From: Nitrospinaceae bacterium
Lineage (GTDB): Bacteria > Nitrospinota > Nitrospinia > Nitrospinales > Nitrospinaceae
Assembly: GCA_965223665.1 (NCBI GenBank)
Contig: OZ245011.1
Span: forward strand, 2,848,001-2,912,000
Length of the DNA stretch: 64,000 bases
Direction: 5' to 3'
Shown: positions 41,133 through 50,027 of the stretch, piece by piece
How positions within the stretch are numbered: the first letter of the stretch is position 1
Layout of the letters: each line of letters begins with the position of its first letter
The notes under the pieces: generated by a model
What the model saw: the letters and a program-made list of their open reading frames with translations, nothing else
Database searches by the model: none
Told to the model about the DNA's origin: nothing
Translations under genes and position numbers: made by a program

Positions 41133-41191
41133 AAAGTCAAACATTTTTAGACTTATAAAAAAATAATTAAGAATAAAAGATTTTATACAAT

Positions 41192-41410
41192 TTATTTAGG
41201 TAATTTAGAATTTTTGGGTTTTTTATGCGTATCGGCAAAAAAAACAATTACCGCAAGGATTAAAATCAAGGCCAGGATTAGCCAAGATTGAGTATTTTCT
41301 TTCCGAACTTCAAGAATATCATAGGTAAGAGTTCCATCAATTAGCAGGGCCAGAAATATGATAATTAATAATATAAGAAACTTTTTCAAAGTATAAACCT
41401 TACCAATCAA
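41192..41410 (-). CDS. Small two-TM membrane protein
   Basis: Two hydrophobic helices and a basic tail; GAGG upstream of the TTG start. Confidence 0.55.
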   Translation of the reverse strand: MIGKVYTLKKFLILLIIIFLALLIDGTLTYDILEVRKENTQSWLILALILILAVIVFFADTHKKPKNSKLPK

Positions 41411-41716
41411 TACCTCTATTACTAAAATTGTCTACGGCAATTTACCCAAGGCCCTAATTAATGGGGTTTTTTAAGGAAGTTTTCAATTATGTAAATCAAA
41501 AAACCTTCAATTTGGCTTAAATAAAAAATTCCTGAATTAAAAAACTTTTTATTACTAATATATATTTGGTGTGTGAATAGCTTACATATATAATAGCTTT
41601 GTTTTTCACTTGTTGAATTTTAACAAGTTATTGGAAAGTCGCAATGTTGAATTAACCACCCTGATCAAATCTGAAAATTTGGATTTATTAGCAATATATT
41701 AAAAAATAAATACTTT

Positions 41717-42724
41717 ATGGCTATCCCTTTACAACAGGCCCTAAAAGTAGGGTTATATTTGTTTAAGCAAAAATTGAAAGGTCGAAAACGGTATCCTCTC
41801 GTTTTAATGTTGGAACCTCTATTCAGATGTAATTTAGAATGTGTAGGTTGTGGCAAAATTCAGAAAACCAATGAAATCCTTAAAAAGTATCTTACTGTAG
41901 ACCAATGCTTAAATGCAGCAAAAGAGTGCGACGCACCCATTATTTCCATTGCGGGTGGTGAGCCATTAATCCATCCCGACATGGTGGAAATTGTAAAGGG
42001 GTTGGTCAAGCAGGGACGGTTTGTTTATTTGTGTACCAACGCTTTATTGCTTGAACGCCATTTGGATGAATTACCCAAGAGCCCTCAACTTACTTTGTCC
42101 ATTCATTTGGATGGTATGAAAGAACATCACGATCATATTTGTGCTGAAGAAGGAGTTTATGATAAAGCTATTTCCGCTATTCGTTCCGCTAAGAAAAAAG
42201 GTTTTCGTGTAACTACTAATACGACATTTTTCGATGGTGTTTCCGTTGAGGAAGCCGAAAGTTTCTTAGATCATGTACGACCTATGGGTGTGGATGGAAT
42301 GACAATTTCATCTGCCTTTCAATACCCCGATGCACCAGTACAAGATAATTTCTTTGGTCGAAACAGAACCATGGAGTTTTTCTCCGAATTACTCTCTAAA
42401 AATAAAAATGGCCGTTGGACATTTAACCATTCCCCGTTTTACTTAGAATTTCTTCAAGGTAAGCGCGATTATGATTGTACTCCCTGGGGTAATCCAAGTT
42501 ATTCCGTACTGGGTTGGCAACGTCCTTGTTATTTGTTAGATGAAGGATACGCCAGTTCTTTTAAAGAGTTAATGGAATCCACCCATTGGGAAAACTATGG
42601 TCATCGAAATCATGAAAAATGCAAAGACTGTACAGCTCATTGTGGTTATGAAGCCACTGCAGTGGAAGATTCTACTCGTGGTTTCAAAAATATGATTATT
42701 TCGGCTAAATCCATATTTTCATAA
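41717..42724 (+). CDS. hpnH: Adenosyl-hopene transferase HpnH (hopanoid radical SAM)
   Basis: KRYPLVLMLEPLFRCNLECVGCGKI, CTPWGNP, GWQRPCYLL, HCGYE. Confidence 0.96.
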   Translation: MAIPLQQALKVGLYLFKQKLKGRKRYPLVLMLEPLFRCNLECVGCGKIQKTNEILKKYLTVDQCLNAAKECDAPIISIAGGEPLIHPDMVEIVKGLVKQGRFVYLCTNALLLERHLDELPKSPQLTLSIHLDGMKEHHDHICAEEGVYDKAISAIRSAKKKGFRVTTNTTFFDGVSVEEAESFLDHVRPMGVDGMTISSAFQYPDAPVQDNFFGRNRTMEFFSELLSKNKNGRWTFNHSPFYLEFLQGKRDYDCTPWGNPSYSVLGWQRPCYLLDEGYASSFKELMESTHWENYGHRNHEKCKDCTAHCGYEATAVEDSTRGFKNMIISAKSIFS

Positions 42725-42820
42725 AATTCCTGATGTTCAATTCTAGGTTTTTTATGGGTCATTTAGTTCAAGGTTTTCTTTCCTTCATTAATCTAAAGTA
42801 AAAATTCAAAAGGTAAAACG

Positions 42821-44197
42821 ATGAAGCTAGGAAGCTCTGGAATTGTTATTTCAGGCGCGGGTACTTCTGTGGGTAAATCATCGATTTCTATTGGGCTCAT
42901 GAGGTTGTTGAAGCGGCAGGGTCATAGTGTGAAACCTTTTAAAGTGGGACCTGATTATATTGACCCAGGCCATCATTACAGGGCAGCAGGAAATCCAAGT
43001 TACAATTTAGACTCATGGATGTCTTCCCCAGGATATATCAAACAAATTTATGATGAAGTCGTTATGGAAGGAGATACTGCCATTGTTGAGGGAGTGATGG
43101 GTTTATTTGACGGAGCCTATTCTACCAAACCTGATGGAACAACGGCAGAAGTGGCAAAAACTTTAGGTCTTCCTGTATTGCTGGTTGTAGAAGGTAAATA
43201 CATGGCACGATCTTTTGCAGCTCTAGTCCAAGGATTTACACAGTTCGATTCAAAGATTGATTTTATCGGAGTGATTGCGAATCGAGTGAACAGTAAAGGC
43301 CATAAGAAAATACTGCAAGAATCGATTGAGCATTACACAAATATGCCTTTTTTAGGAGCCATTCCTTCCAATAAAGAATTAGAAATGCCCAGTCGCCATT
43401 TAGGACTAAAACTAAGCGTTGAGCAAGAAGAAAATTTGTATGAAAGATGGGCAGATCATTTAGAAAAAAATTTAGATATTAGTGCACTTATTACAACAAA
43501 CCTTAATAAAACTCAAAGTTCTATTCCACATAATATTTCAGGTGTCAATCGATGGAATGTACAACCCAGATCAAAAAAGTTTAAAGTTGCAATTGCGAAA
43601 GATGAAGCTTTTCAGTTTATATATCAAGATACTTTAGATTTAATTCAAGCTTTGGGAGGAGAGATTCAGTTTTTTTCACCCCTGAAAGACACAACTTTAC
43701 CTACAAATTCAAACTTAATTTATTTTCCTGGAGGATACCCTGAACTCCATGCCAGTGAATTAGATAATAATATTTCACTTCGAAACCAAATATTGAATGC
43801 AGGAAATGAAAGAACTCTTATAATTGGTGAATGCGGTGGACTGATGTATTTAGGAAAATGTTTAAGGGACTTAGAGGGAGAAATTCATTCTATGGTTGGT
43901 TTGTTTGAATTTACAACCACCATGGAACATAAAAAACTAACCATAGGTTATCGTGAATTAGAGTTTTTTCCCGATTCAAAAGAGAAAGAACTAATAGTTT
44001 TAAAGGGACATGAATTTCACTGTTTTGAAATGGAAAATGATATTGAATCCTCCCATATGAAGCATCGCTGTCCAAAAACTCAATCACTAATTCAAGACGG
44101 ATATATATACCTTAACTGTTTTGCTTTTAGGTCTCATATCTATTGGCCTTCATCCCTTGAAGGATTTAATTTTATATTAAACAAGATAGAAAATTAA
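42821..44197 (+). CDS. cbiA: Cobyrinate a,c-diamide synthase (CbiA/CobB)
   Basis: FKVGPDYIDP, EGVMGLFDG, SRHLGL, GGYPE, ECGG, GHEFH. Confidence 0.95.
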   Translation: MKLGSSGIVISGAGTSVGKSSISIGLMRLLKRQGHSVKPFKVGPDYIDPGHHYRAAGNPSYNLDSWMSSPGYIKQIYDEVVMEGDTAIVEGVMGLFDGAYSTKPDGTTAEVAKTLGLPVLLVVEGKYMARSFAALVQGFTQFDSKIDFIGVIANRVNSKGHKKILQESIEHYTNMPFLGAIPSNKELEMPSRHLGLKLSVEQEENLYERWADHLEKNLDISALITTNLNKTQSSIPHNISGVNRWNVQPRSKKFKVAIAKDEAFQFIYQDTLDLIQALGGEIQFFSPLKDTTLPTNSNLIYFPGGYPELHASELDNNISLRNQILNAGNERTLIIGECGGLMYLGKCLRDLEGEIHSMVGLFEFTTTMEHKKLTIGYRELEFFPDSKEKELIVLKGHEFHCFEMENDIESSHMKHRCPKTQSLIQDGYIYLNCFAFRSHIYWPSSLEGFNFILNKIEN

Positions 44198-44205
44198 AAA
44201 CAACT

Positions 44206-45051
44206 CTAAGTTTTTAAACTGTTAAACAAATCTTGGTATTTTACATTTCCAGGATTTAGTTGTATGGCCCTTTGAATTGATTCTTTTGCATCTATTGGTT
44301 TGTCAATTACCGTCTGAATCTGGGCAATTTGGTAATAAGCCTCCGGTTGGTATGGATTTATTGCAATGGATTGATTCAAGGCCTCTAAAGCTTTAGGGTA
44401 ATCTTCACGATCTTTATACAAGAGCCCTAAATGAAAATGAGTTAAAGTAGATTTAGAATCTAACTTTAAAGACTGCTGTAAGTACTTTTCGGCTTGATCT
44501 AAATTTCCTACCATCCGATAACTATCGGCAATGTTATTTAAATAAAGAGGATTATTCGATTCTTTTTGGATAGCGGTTTTATAATGTTCAATTGCTTTTT
44601 GGTACTCTTTCCGTGTTTTGTAAATATTACCGATATTGTTATATGCTCTGGAATCATTATCATCTTCCTGGAGCTGAATGGCTTTTTCCCACTGCTCTAA
44701 AGCTTTATCAGAATTTCCTTCCATATAAAAACACATGCCCAGGTTGATTCTAGCTTGTAAATGTTTCGCATCAATTTCGATAACTTTTTCAAACATTGTT
44801 TTAGCATTTTCGATTTGCTTCATTCCAAAATAGATTAAACCTTTTTTATCATAAGCCTCGGCATTTTTGGGATTCAGTTTTATAGCCAAATCAAATTCAT
44901 CCAATGAATTTTTAAATAATTTGTATTGAGCAAACTCAATACCAAGGCGGTAATGTTCGTTGGAGGCTTTGGGATCGATTAGTTGTTTTTCAGAAGAACA
45001 AGCAATCGTAAAAAGTAAAATTGAAATTGTAAAAATAAGTTTTTTATTCAT
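44206..45051 (-). CDS. TPR-repeat lipoprotein
   Basis: Start moved to MNKKLIF (the track start overlaps a terminator); lipobox TIAC; about 7 TPRs. Confidence 0.85.
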   Translation of the reverse strand: MNKKLIFTISILLFTIACSSEKQLIDPKASNEHYRLGIEFAQYKLFKNSLDEFDLAIKLNPKNAEAYDKKGLIYFGMKQIENAKTMFEKVIEIDAKHLQARINLGMCFYMEGNSDKALEQWEKAIQLQEDDNDSRAYNNIGNIYKTRKEYQKAIEHYKTAIQKESNNPLYLNNIADSYRMVGNLDQAEKYLQQSLKLDSKSTLTHFHLGLLYKDREDYPKALEALNQSIAINPYQPEAYYQIAQIQTVIDKPIDAKESIQRAIQLNPGNVKYQDLFNSLKT

Positions 45052-45064
45052 GGGAAGTATTTGG

Positions 45065-45094
45065 AAAAGAAGGGACCGGCAGATAACCGGTCCC
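45065..45094 (-). terminator. Rho-independent terminator after the secreted paralog pair
   Basis: 8-bp GC stem GGGACCGG/CCGGTCCC followed by TTCTTTT on the minus strand. Confidence 0.8.
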
Positions 45095-45107
45095 AATATT
45101 AGAAAAT

Positions 45108-45740
45108 TTAGTTCATACCTCGTCCACCCGTTGGTACTCCACCGGAACCTAAGGTCACACCGGAGGACGGAAGAGTGGAGTCATGCATATCACCAATAAA
45201 TTCCATGGAGAATCCTGCGTTACTGGCTTCGGCAAAAACAACCCCCCACATTGCGATTTGGTTGAGGTTTTCATATTTGCCATTTCCATTTTGAACAGTG
45301 GGGGTCGTATTATCCGAAAGAATTCTAACGTTCCCCAACACCGCACCACTAGAGGTCGTAGTAATAAAATGGTCTCTTGCAGTAAAAGCTGCGTTATTGG
45401 TGGTTGGGTTAATTGAAGGATGGTTAGTAGCAACTATGAATAATTTATGGGTCTCACCTGCACCCACGGTAAAATTAATAGATGTACTTCCTACGATTTG
45501 ACCCGCAGTTGTTCCTTCTAATGAAACTGTCAACCCAATATTAGAAGCCGCAGTACTTAAAGAAGGATGAGTAAAAGCTAAAAACGAATAAAAACCACCA
45601 GCAGATGGACCACCTGGTACTACCTGAGCAAAAGGCGATACGGCCACTCGTGATCGGTCCACGGTTTGTGCCGTGGCAAACTGGACCAGCATTACAAACG
45701 CTGCCAGAGTTATAATTGTTATATGAATTAACTTCTTCAT
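45108..45740 (-). CDS. Secreted protein of unknown family, paralog B
   Basis: RBS AAGGAG; signal peptide ending ATA; Gly/Ser/Thr-rich; clear paralog of 45793-46383. Confidence 0.88.
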   Translation of the reverse strand: MKKLIHITIITLAAFVMLVQFATAQTVDRSRVAVSPFAQVVPGGPSAGGFYSFLAFTHPSLSTAASNIGLTVSLEGTTAGQIVGSTSINFTVGAGETHKLFIVATNHPSINPTTNNAAFTARDHFITTTSSGAVLGNVRILSDNTTPTVQNGNGKYENLNQIAMWGVVFAEASNAGFSMEFIGDMHDSTLPSSGVTLGSGGVPTGGRGMN

Positions 45741-45792
45741 AAGTTGTTCTCCTTAGTTTAACCAGCTATTCGGATAAAGTTTCAAGCCGATT

Positions 45793-46383
45793 CTAGTTTA
45801 CCCCACTGGGGAAAGTATTAGCTGCTTGGCCCGGGTGCGATGAGGAATCATTCATGTCTCCAATGAATTCCATAGCAAAACCCGTATTGGAGCCGGAAAA
45901 TACCACTGCACCCCAATAAGACAACCTCGTAATATCATTGGTACTTCCAGATTGAACAGGGTCAAATCTTATATACCCGGTTCCGCCGGCATTTGTTGAA
46001 CCAAGAATGACGGTATCATTCGGAAAATTGGCCACGTTAAACAAAGAATTCGAAGTCTGCAGGTTGGTGCCAAAAATAAAAATCTTGGAAGTCTGCCCAG
46101 CACTCACTGTAAAAGTCTGGGAGGTTCCATAAATATTTGCAGCGCCTTCGCCTCCATCACCTAAAAATGCTGTGACAGTTACACCAACATCAGAAGCCAT
46201 TCCACTTAAAGATGGATGAGCAATGCCTATAAAGGTGTAGGTAGATCCAGCATGTTGCCAATAGGGAGCGATAACTCTGCTAGACGGGTCGATGGCAAAG
46301 GCATTGTTTGCGCTTACTGCTAACAAGACAAATACAGCCATACCCGAGATCGAAATGGATCGGAAAATCCGTTTAATTTTCAT
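45793..46383 (-). CDS. Secreted protein of unknown family, paralog A
   Basis: RBS AAGGAG supports a start at 46383 (MKIKRIF); signal peptide ending AFA; shares HPSLS and GF.MEFIGDM.DS with paralog B. Confidence 0.88.
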   Translation of the reverse strand: MKIKRIFRSISISGMAVFVLLAVSANNAFAIDPSSRVIAPYWQHAGSTYTFIGIAHPSLSGMASDVGVTVTAFLGDGGEGAANIYGTSQTFTVSAGQTSKIFIFGTNLQTSNSLFNVANFPNDTVILGSTNAGGTGYIRFDPVQSGSTNDITRLSYWGAVVFSGSNTGFAMEFIGDMNDSSSHPGQAANTFPSGVN

Positions 46384-46652
46384 TAGAAATTTCTCCTTTA
46401 TATTCCGAATCTTCTTTTCAGAAGAAAATTGACAGACGTTAAAAAAAAGTTTTTCCAGGCAACGACCCCCTTCCAAAAATTAGAAATAAATAAGGTAATG
46501 TATTTTTATTTGAGTAACTTACTTCCAGTGTAAACCAATAAGTTTATATTTTTGAAAACAAATTCAATTATTCTTCCAAACTTTTTCTAAGTTATGAAAA
46601 AACAATCAAAATTAATATTCTTTGTCTAAAATGAGAAAAAATGCTTGATTTT

Positions 46653-46679
46653 CTATCGGTTGGAAATAGTAATACTTTA
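46653..46679 (-). promoter_or_regulatory. Putative sigma-28 (FliA) promoter for the secreted paralog pair
   Basis: Minus strand TAAAGTAT-11 nt-ACCGATAG; 13/16 match to TAAAGTTT-N11-GCCGATAA with exact spacing. Confidence 0.6.
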
Positions 46680-46930
46680 GGGGAGTTCAAATAATTAGAA
46701 AGAATTCCTATTTCAAATTTTTTACAATTTCCCGAAAAGTACAAATAAATTTTGTGAGATAATGCAATTTGGCTTAAAAATGTCGGGAATATCGTTTTGA
46801 TTGTAATAGAAAGATAAATCTAGCTTCCCTTTTTTGCCGCACCTGTTATTCTGTAAAAAGCTTGATTAACTACGATATTTGTCTTGCTCCAACGAACTAA
46901 CAATACAAGCATCAATCACAAATCCATAAA

Positions 46931-46958
46931 TTGAGTTTTTTCAACTATTTGATATAAT
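46931..46958 (+). promoter_or_regulatory. Putative sigma-70 promoter for the pilF-rodZ-pilT cluster
   Basis: TTGAGT-16 nt-TATAAT with extended TGn. Confidence 0.5.
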
Positions 46959-46997
46959 TGAACTAATTTAATCCCACACAATAAAAATACCGAGAAA

Positions 46998-47798
46998 ATG
47001 ATGAATAATCCAAGGGTCTTTACCATTAAAGAGAACCGCAGACTGGTTTTATTTTTATTCTGTCTGGTGCCTTTTTGGCTTGCTGCATGTGCTACCCAAA
47101 GTACAAAAAAAAATTCTGGAAATAAACTGGAAGCTCAAAAATACTATGACTTAGCCGAAAAGGCCTATTCTGTCAAACAAAAGGATGAGTTTTATCGAAA
47201 TTTAGATAAAGCTATCGAATTGGACCCTGAGGAACCCTATTTTCACCTTGTTAAAGGAGATGCTTATTTTGAAGATGTCAAACTTGATGCGGCAGAACAA
47301 GAATATTTAACTGCTATTAAATTAGGGATAGAAAATCCCGACGGTAATCGCCAACTGGGCCGATTATATATGCAAAAAAGGGATTGGGACAGTGCCATCT
47401 ATTATTTAAAAAAGGCAACTGAAGCGAGAAACTTAATAGCCCCTCATCAAATTTATAATTGGCTGGCTCTTTGCTATTATGCCAAGGGTGAATTGAGTAA
47501 CGCAGAAAAGACATGGGTTAAATCTTTAGGAATAAAAGAAAATGGTCAGATAAGGATGAATTTAGGCCTTATTTATAAAGAAGCAGCTGAATTCGAAAAA
47601 GCAAAAGAATCCTTAACTAAAGCAATTGAATTAGATTCCAAACTGGTTCGTGCACATTACGAAATTGCCCAATTGTATTTAAAAGATCGTAGATTTGCTG
47701 AAGCAAGGGAACATTTTCAGAAAGTGATTGATTTGGAGCCGTTAGGAAAATCGGCAAAAACATCTAAAGAATATTTAAAACTAATGCCTAGTGAGTAA
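46998..47798 (+). CDS. TPR lipoprotein, PilF/PilW/Tgl-like pilotin
   Basis: Lipobox LAAC; TPRs; precedes rodZ and pil genes. Confidence 0.7.
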   Translation: MMNNPRVFTIKENRRLVLFLFCLVPFWLAACATQSTKKNSGNKLEAQKYYDLAEKAYSVKQKDEFYRNLDKAIELDPEEPYFHLVKGDAYFEDVKLDAAEQEYLTAIKLGIENPDGNRQLGRLYMQKRDWDSAIYYLKKATEARNLIAPHQIYNWLALCYYAKGELSNAEKTWVKSLGIKENGQIRMNLGLIYKEAAEFEKAKESLTKAIELDSKLVRAHYEIAQLYLKDRRFAEAREHFQKVIDLEPLGKSAKTSKEYLKLMPSE

Positions 47799-47801
47799 AT
47801 T

Positions 47802-48944
47802 ATGACCGAGGATTTTGGTTCTTATTTAAAACATGAACGTGAATTAAGGGGAGTTTCTCTTGAAGAAATTGCTTCTTTAACAAAAATCCATATCCGATAT
47901 TTAAATGCGTTGGAAAATAATCAATACGACGATCTTCCTGGAGAAGTATTTATAAAAGGATTTATTAGATCTTATGCTCGGGCCATCGGAGCCAATGTAG
48001 ACGAGTGGATAACGGCTTATGACGATTCAATTGGACGTGACCGTAGAGAAAAAATTATTATTGAATCTAACACAAACGATTCCATCAATGATGTTCAATC
48101 TAAACCAAAGAAAACTATCTTTGCTTTAGGGGCTTTCATAGTCCTTATTGTTATTATTGCATACATGGTTTCTCCAGAAAACCAGGCAAAAAAAAACCTT
48201 TCGAGTCAAAATATATTAGCCCCGGATAATATTGATAATGAGGTTTCTTCGGTACCCAGCTCTGAAGACCCTTTGTTCCCTTTAGAGGATAACCCAATTG
48301 CTGAAAAACAAATTTCAGAAGAAAGTATAGGTTCTTCGGTTGAAAAAGAAGAAATTAATCAGGTCAATTCCACATCTGATAGGGCTGAAAAGTCTCAGCC
48401 CTCCTTAAAACCAGAAACTCCCATAAAAAAAATTGAAATCGCACAAAAGCCCCCAAAATTGGAGGAAATACAAGAATCTCCTCGAATTGAAGAACCCAAA
48501 GAGCTTTCGGAAAACATTTCTGAGGTTCCAGAAGAACCGAAAATAGAAGATGTTTCCACTATCAACCAAGTAAAAGTAACGGAGAATATAGAACCAGATT
48601 CTAATGATGGAATTGTGGAAGAAAAAGAAGAAGATAATAAAAAAATCATAGAAAATGAAATAAATCAATCAAAGAGTTTGGCAGTTGAGGCAAAACCCTT
48701 TAAACTAGAAATACGCGTGAGTGAAAATTCTTGGTTTAATTTGACGATTGATAAAGGTCAGCAACAAGATTTTATTTTGCCCGCAGGGACAAATAAGCAA
48801 TTTCAGGCACAAAAAGCTATTCGCTTGACCATTGGAAATCGCCGAGGAACTCAAGTCATTTTAAATGAAGAAGAACTTAATTTGCCTGAAACGGCAGATA
48901 ATATTATTCGAGATTTAATTTTAAGCGAAGAAACATTAGGTTGA
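47802..48944 (+). CDS. rodZ: RodZ-like protein (HTH, TM helix, acidic linker, DUF4115)
   Basis: FGSYLKHERELRGVSLEEIA...LPGEVFIKGFIRSYA; one TM; C-terminal W...D...IGN. Confidence 0.88.
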   Translation: MTEDFGSYLKHERELRGVSLEEIASLTKIHIRYLNALENNQYDDLPGEVFIKGFIRSYARAIGANVDEWITAYDDSIGRDRREKIIIESNTNDSINDVQSKPKKTIFALGAFIVLIVIIAYMVSPENQAKKNLSSQNILAPDNIDNEVSSVPSSEDPLFPLEDNPIAEKQISEESIGSSVEKEEINQVNSTSDRAEKSQPSLKPETPIKKIEIAQKPPKLEEIQESPRIEEPKELSENISEVPEEPKIEDVSTINQVKVTENIEPDSNDGIVEEKEEDNKKIIENEINQSKSLAVEAKPFKLEIRVSENSWFNLTIDKGQQQDFILPAGTNKQFQAQKAIRLTIGNRRGTQVILNEEELNLPETADNIIRDLILSEETLG

Positions 48945-48947
48945 TTT

Positions 48948-50021
48948 ATGGCAAAAATTGATGCGTTTTTTAAATTAATGAATGAACAAGGGGCCTCCGA
49001 CCTTCACCTTGTTTCAGGTTCTCAACCCGTTCTTAGAATTAACGGGGATATGGAGCGTGTTAAATATAAAACTATTGAGAATGATGAATTGAAATCGTTA
49101 CTCTATGAAATTGCTCCTGAAAATAAAATTAAGATATTTGAAGAAACAGGGGATATAGATTTTGCTTACGAAATTCCAAATTTAGCAAGATACCGGGCAA
49201 ATTATTTCCAGCAAAAATGGGGAATTGGCGCTGTATTTCGTGAAATTCCCAGTAAAATTTTAACTGCGGATGAATTAGGACTCCCCTCAGTAATCAAAAA
49301 ATTGTCCATGTTGCATAAGGGGATTGTCTTGGTGACTGGGCCCACGGGTAGTGGTAAATCTACCACCCTTGCCGCAATGATGGATTATGTAAATAAAAAT
49401 AAAAAAGCACACATCATTACAGTGGAAGACCCCGTTGAATTCGTGCATCAAAGCCAAAGTTGCATTGTTAATCATCGGGAAGTGGGTTCACATACACAAA
49501 GTTTTAAATCGGCTCTGCGCGGCGCGTTGCGTGAGGATCCTGACATTATATTAGTGGGAGAAATGCGGGATTTAGAAACCATCGAATTGGCTTTGGAAGC
49601 GGCGTCTACTGGACATTTAGTTTTTGGTACATTACATACTCAAAGTGCCGCGAAAACTATTGACCGGGTAATCGATGTCTTCCCTGCCAATCAACAACCC
49701 CAAATTCGAACTACTTTATCAGAGAGTTTGAAGGGAGTGGTAGCGCAAAATTTATTTAAGCGAGTAGATAAGAAAGGCCGTATAGCAGTCTTAGAAGTGT
49801 TGGTCGTAACACCGGCCGCTTCTAATTTAATTCGGGAGGGCAAAACATTCCAAATTCCTTCTGTCATTCAGACAGGGAAGAAATATGGAATGCAATCATT
49901 GGACGATGCAATTTTAGAAGCCTTACAAGCTAAGAAAATAAGTGCTGAAGATGCCTATGATAAGGCAATTGTGAAAGAAAGATTTGTTCAATTTTTAAAA
50001 ACACCTCCGGAATTTATATAG
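48948..50021 (+). CDS. pilT: Type IV pilus retraction ATPase PilT
   Basis: ASDLHL, GPTGSGKSTT, EDPVE, LREDPD, GHLVFGTLHT, ASNLIRE. Confidence 0.95.
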   Translation: MAKIDAFFKLMNEQGASDLHLVSGSQPVLRINGDMERVKYKTIENDELKSLLYEIAPENKIKIFEETGDIDFAYEIPNLARYRANYFQQKWGIGAVFREIPSKILTADELGLPSVIKKLSMLHKGIVLVTGPTGSGKSTTLAAMMDYVNKNKKAHIITVEDPVEFVHQSQSCIVNHREVGSHTQSFKSALRGALREDPDIILVGEMRDLETIELALEAASTGHLVFGTLHTQSAAKTIDRVIDVFPANQQPQIRTTLSESLKGVVAQNLFKRVDKKGRIAVLEVLVVTPAASNLIREGKTFQIPSVIQTGKKYGMQSLDDAILEALQAKKISAEDAYDKAIVKERFVQFLKTPPEFI

Positions 50022-50027
50022 AAGCGA

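Noticed and set aside
42725-42820. Cobalamin riboswitch upstream of cbiA/cobB
   Set aside because: The gap is under 100 bp, AT-rich, and has no B12-box
45108-46383. Secreted pair as type IV pilins or flagellins
   Set aside because: No G-F-x-x-x-E class III signal and no flagellin termini; both carry ordinary signal peptidase I signals
46384-46650. Riboswitch (e.g. c-di-GMP) in the long leader of the secreted pair
   Set aside because: No recognisable aptamer core by eye; an Rfam/Infernal scan would be needed
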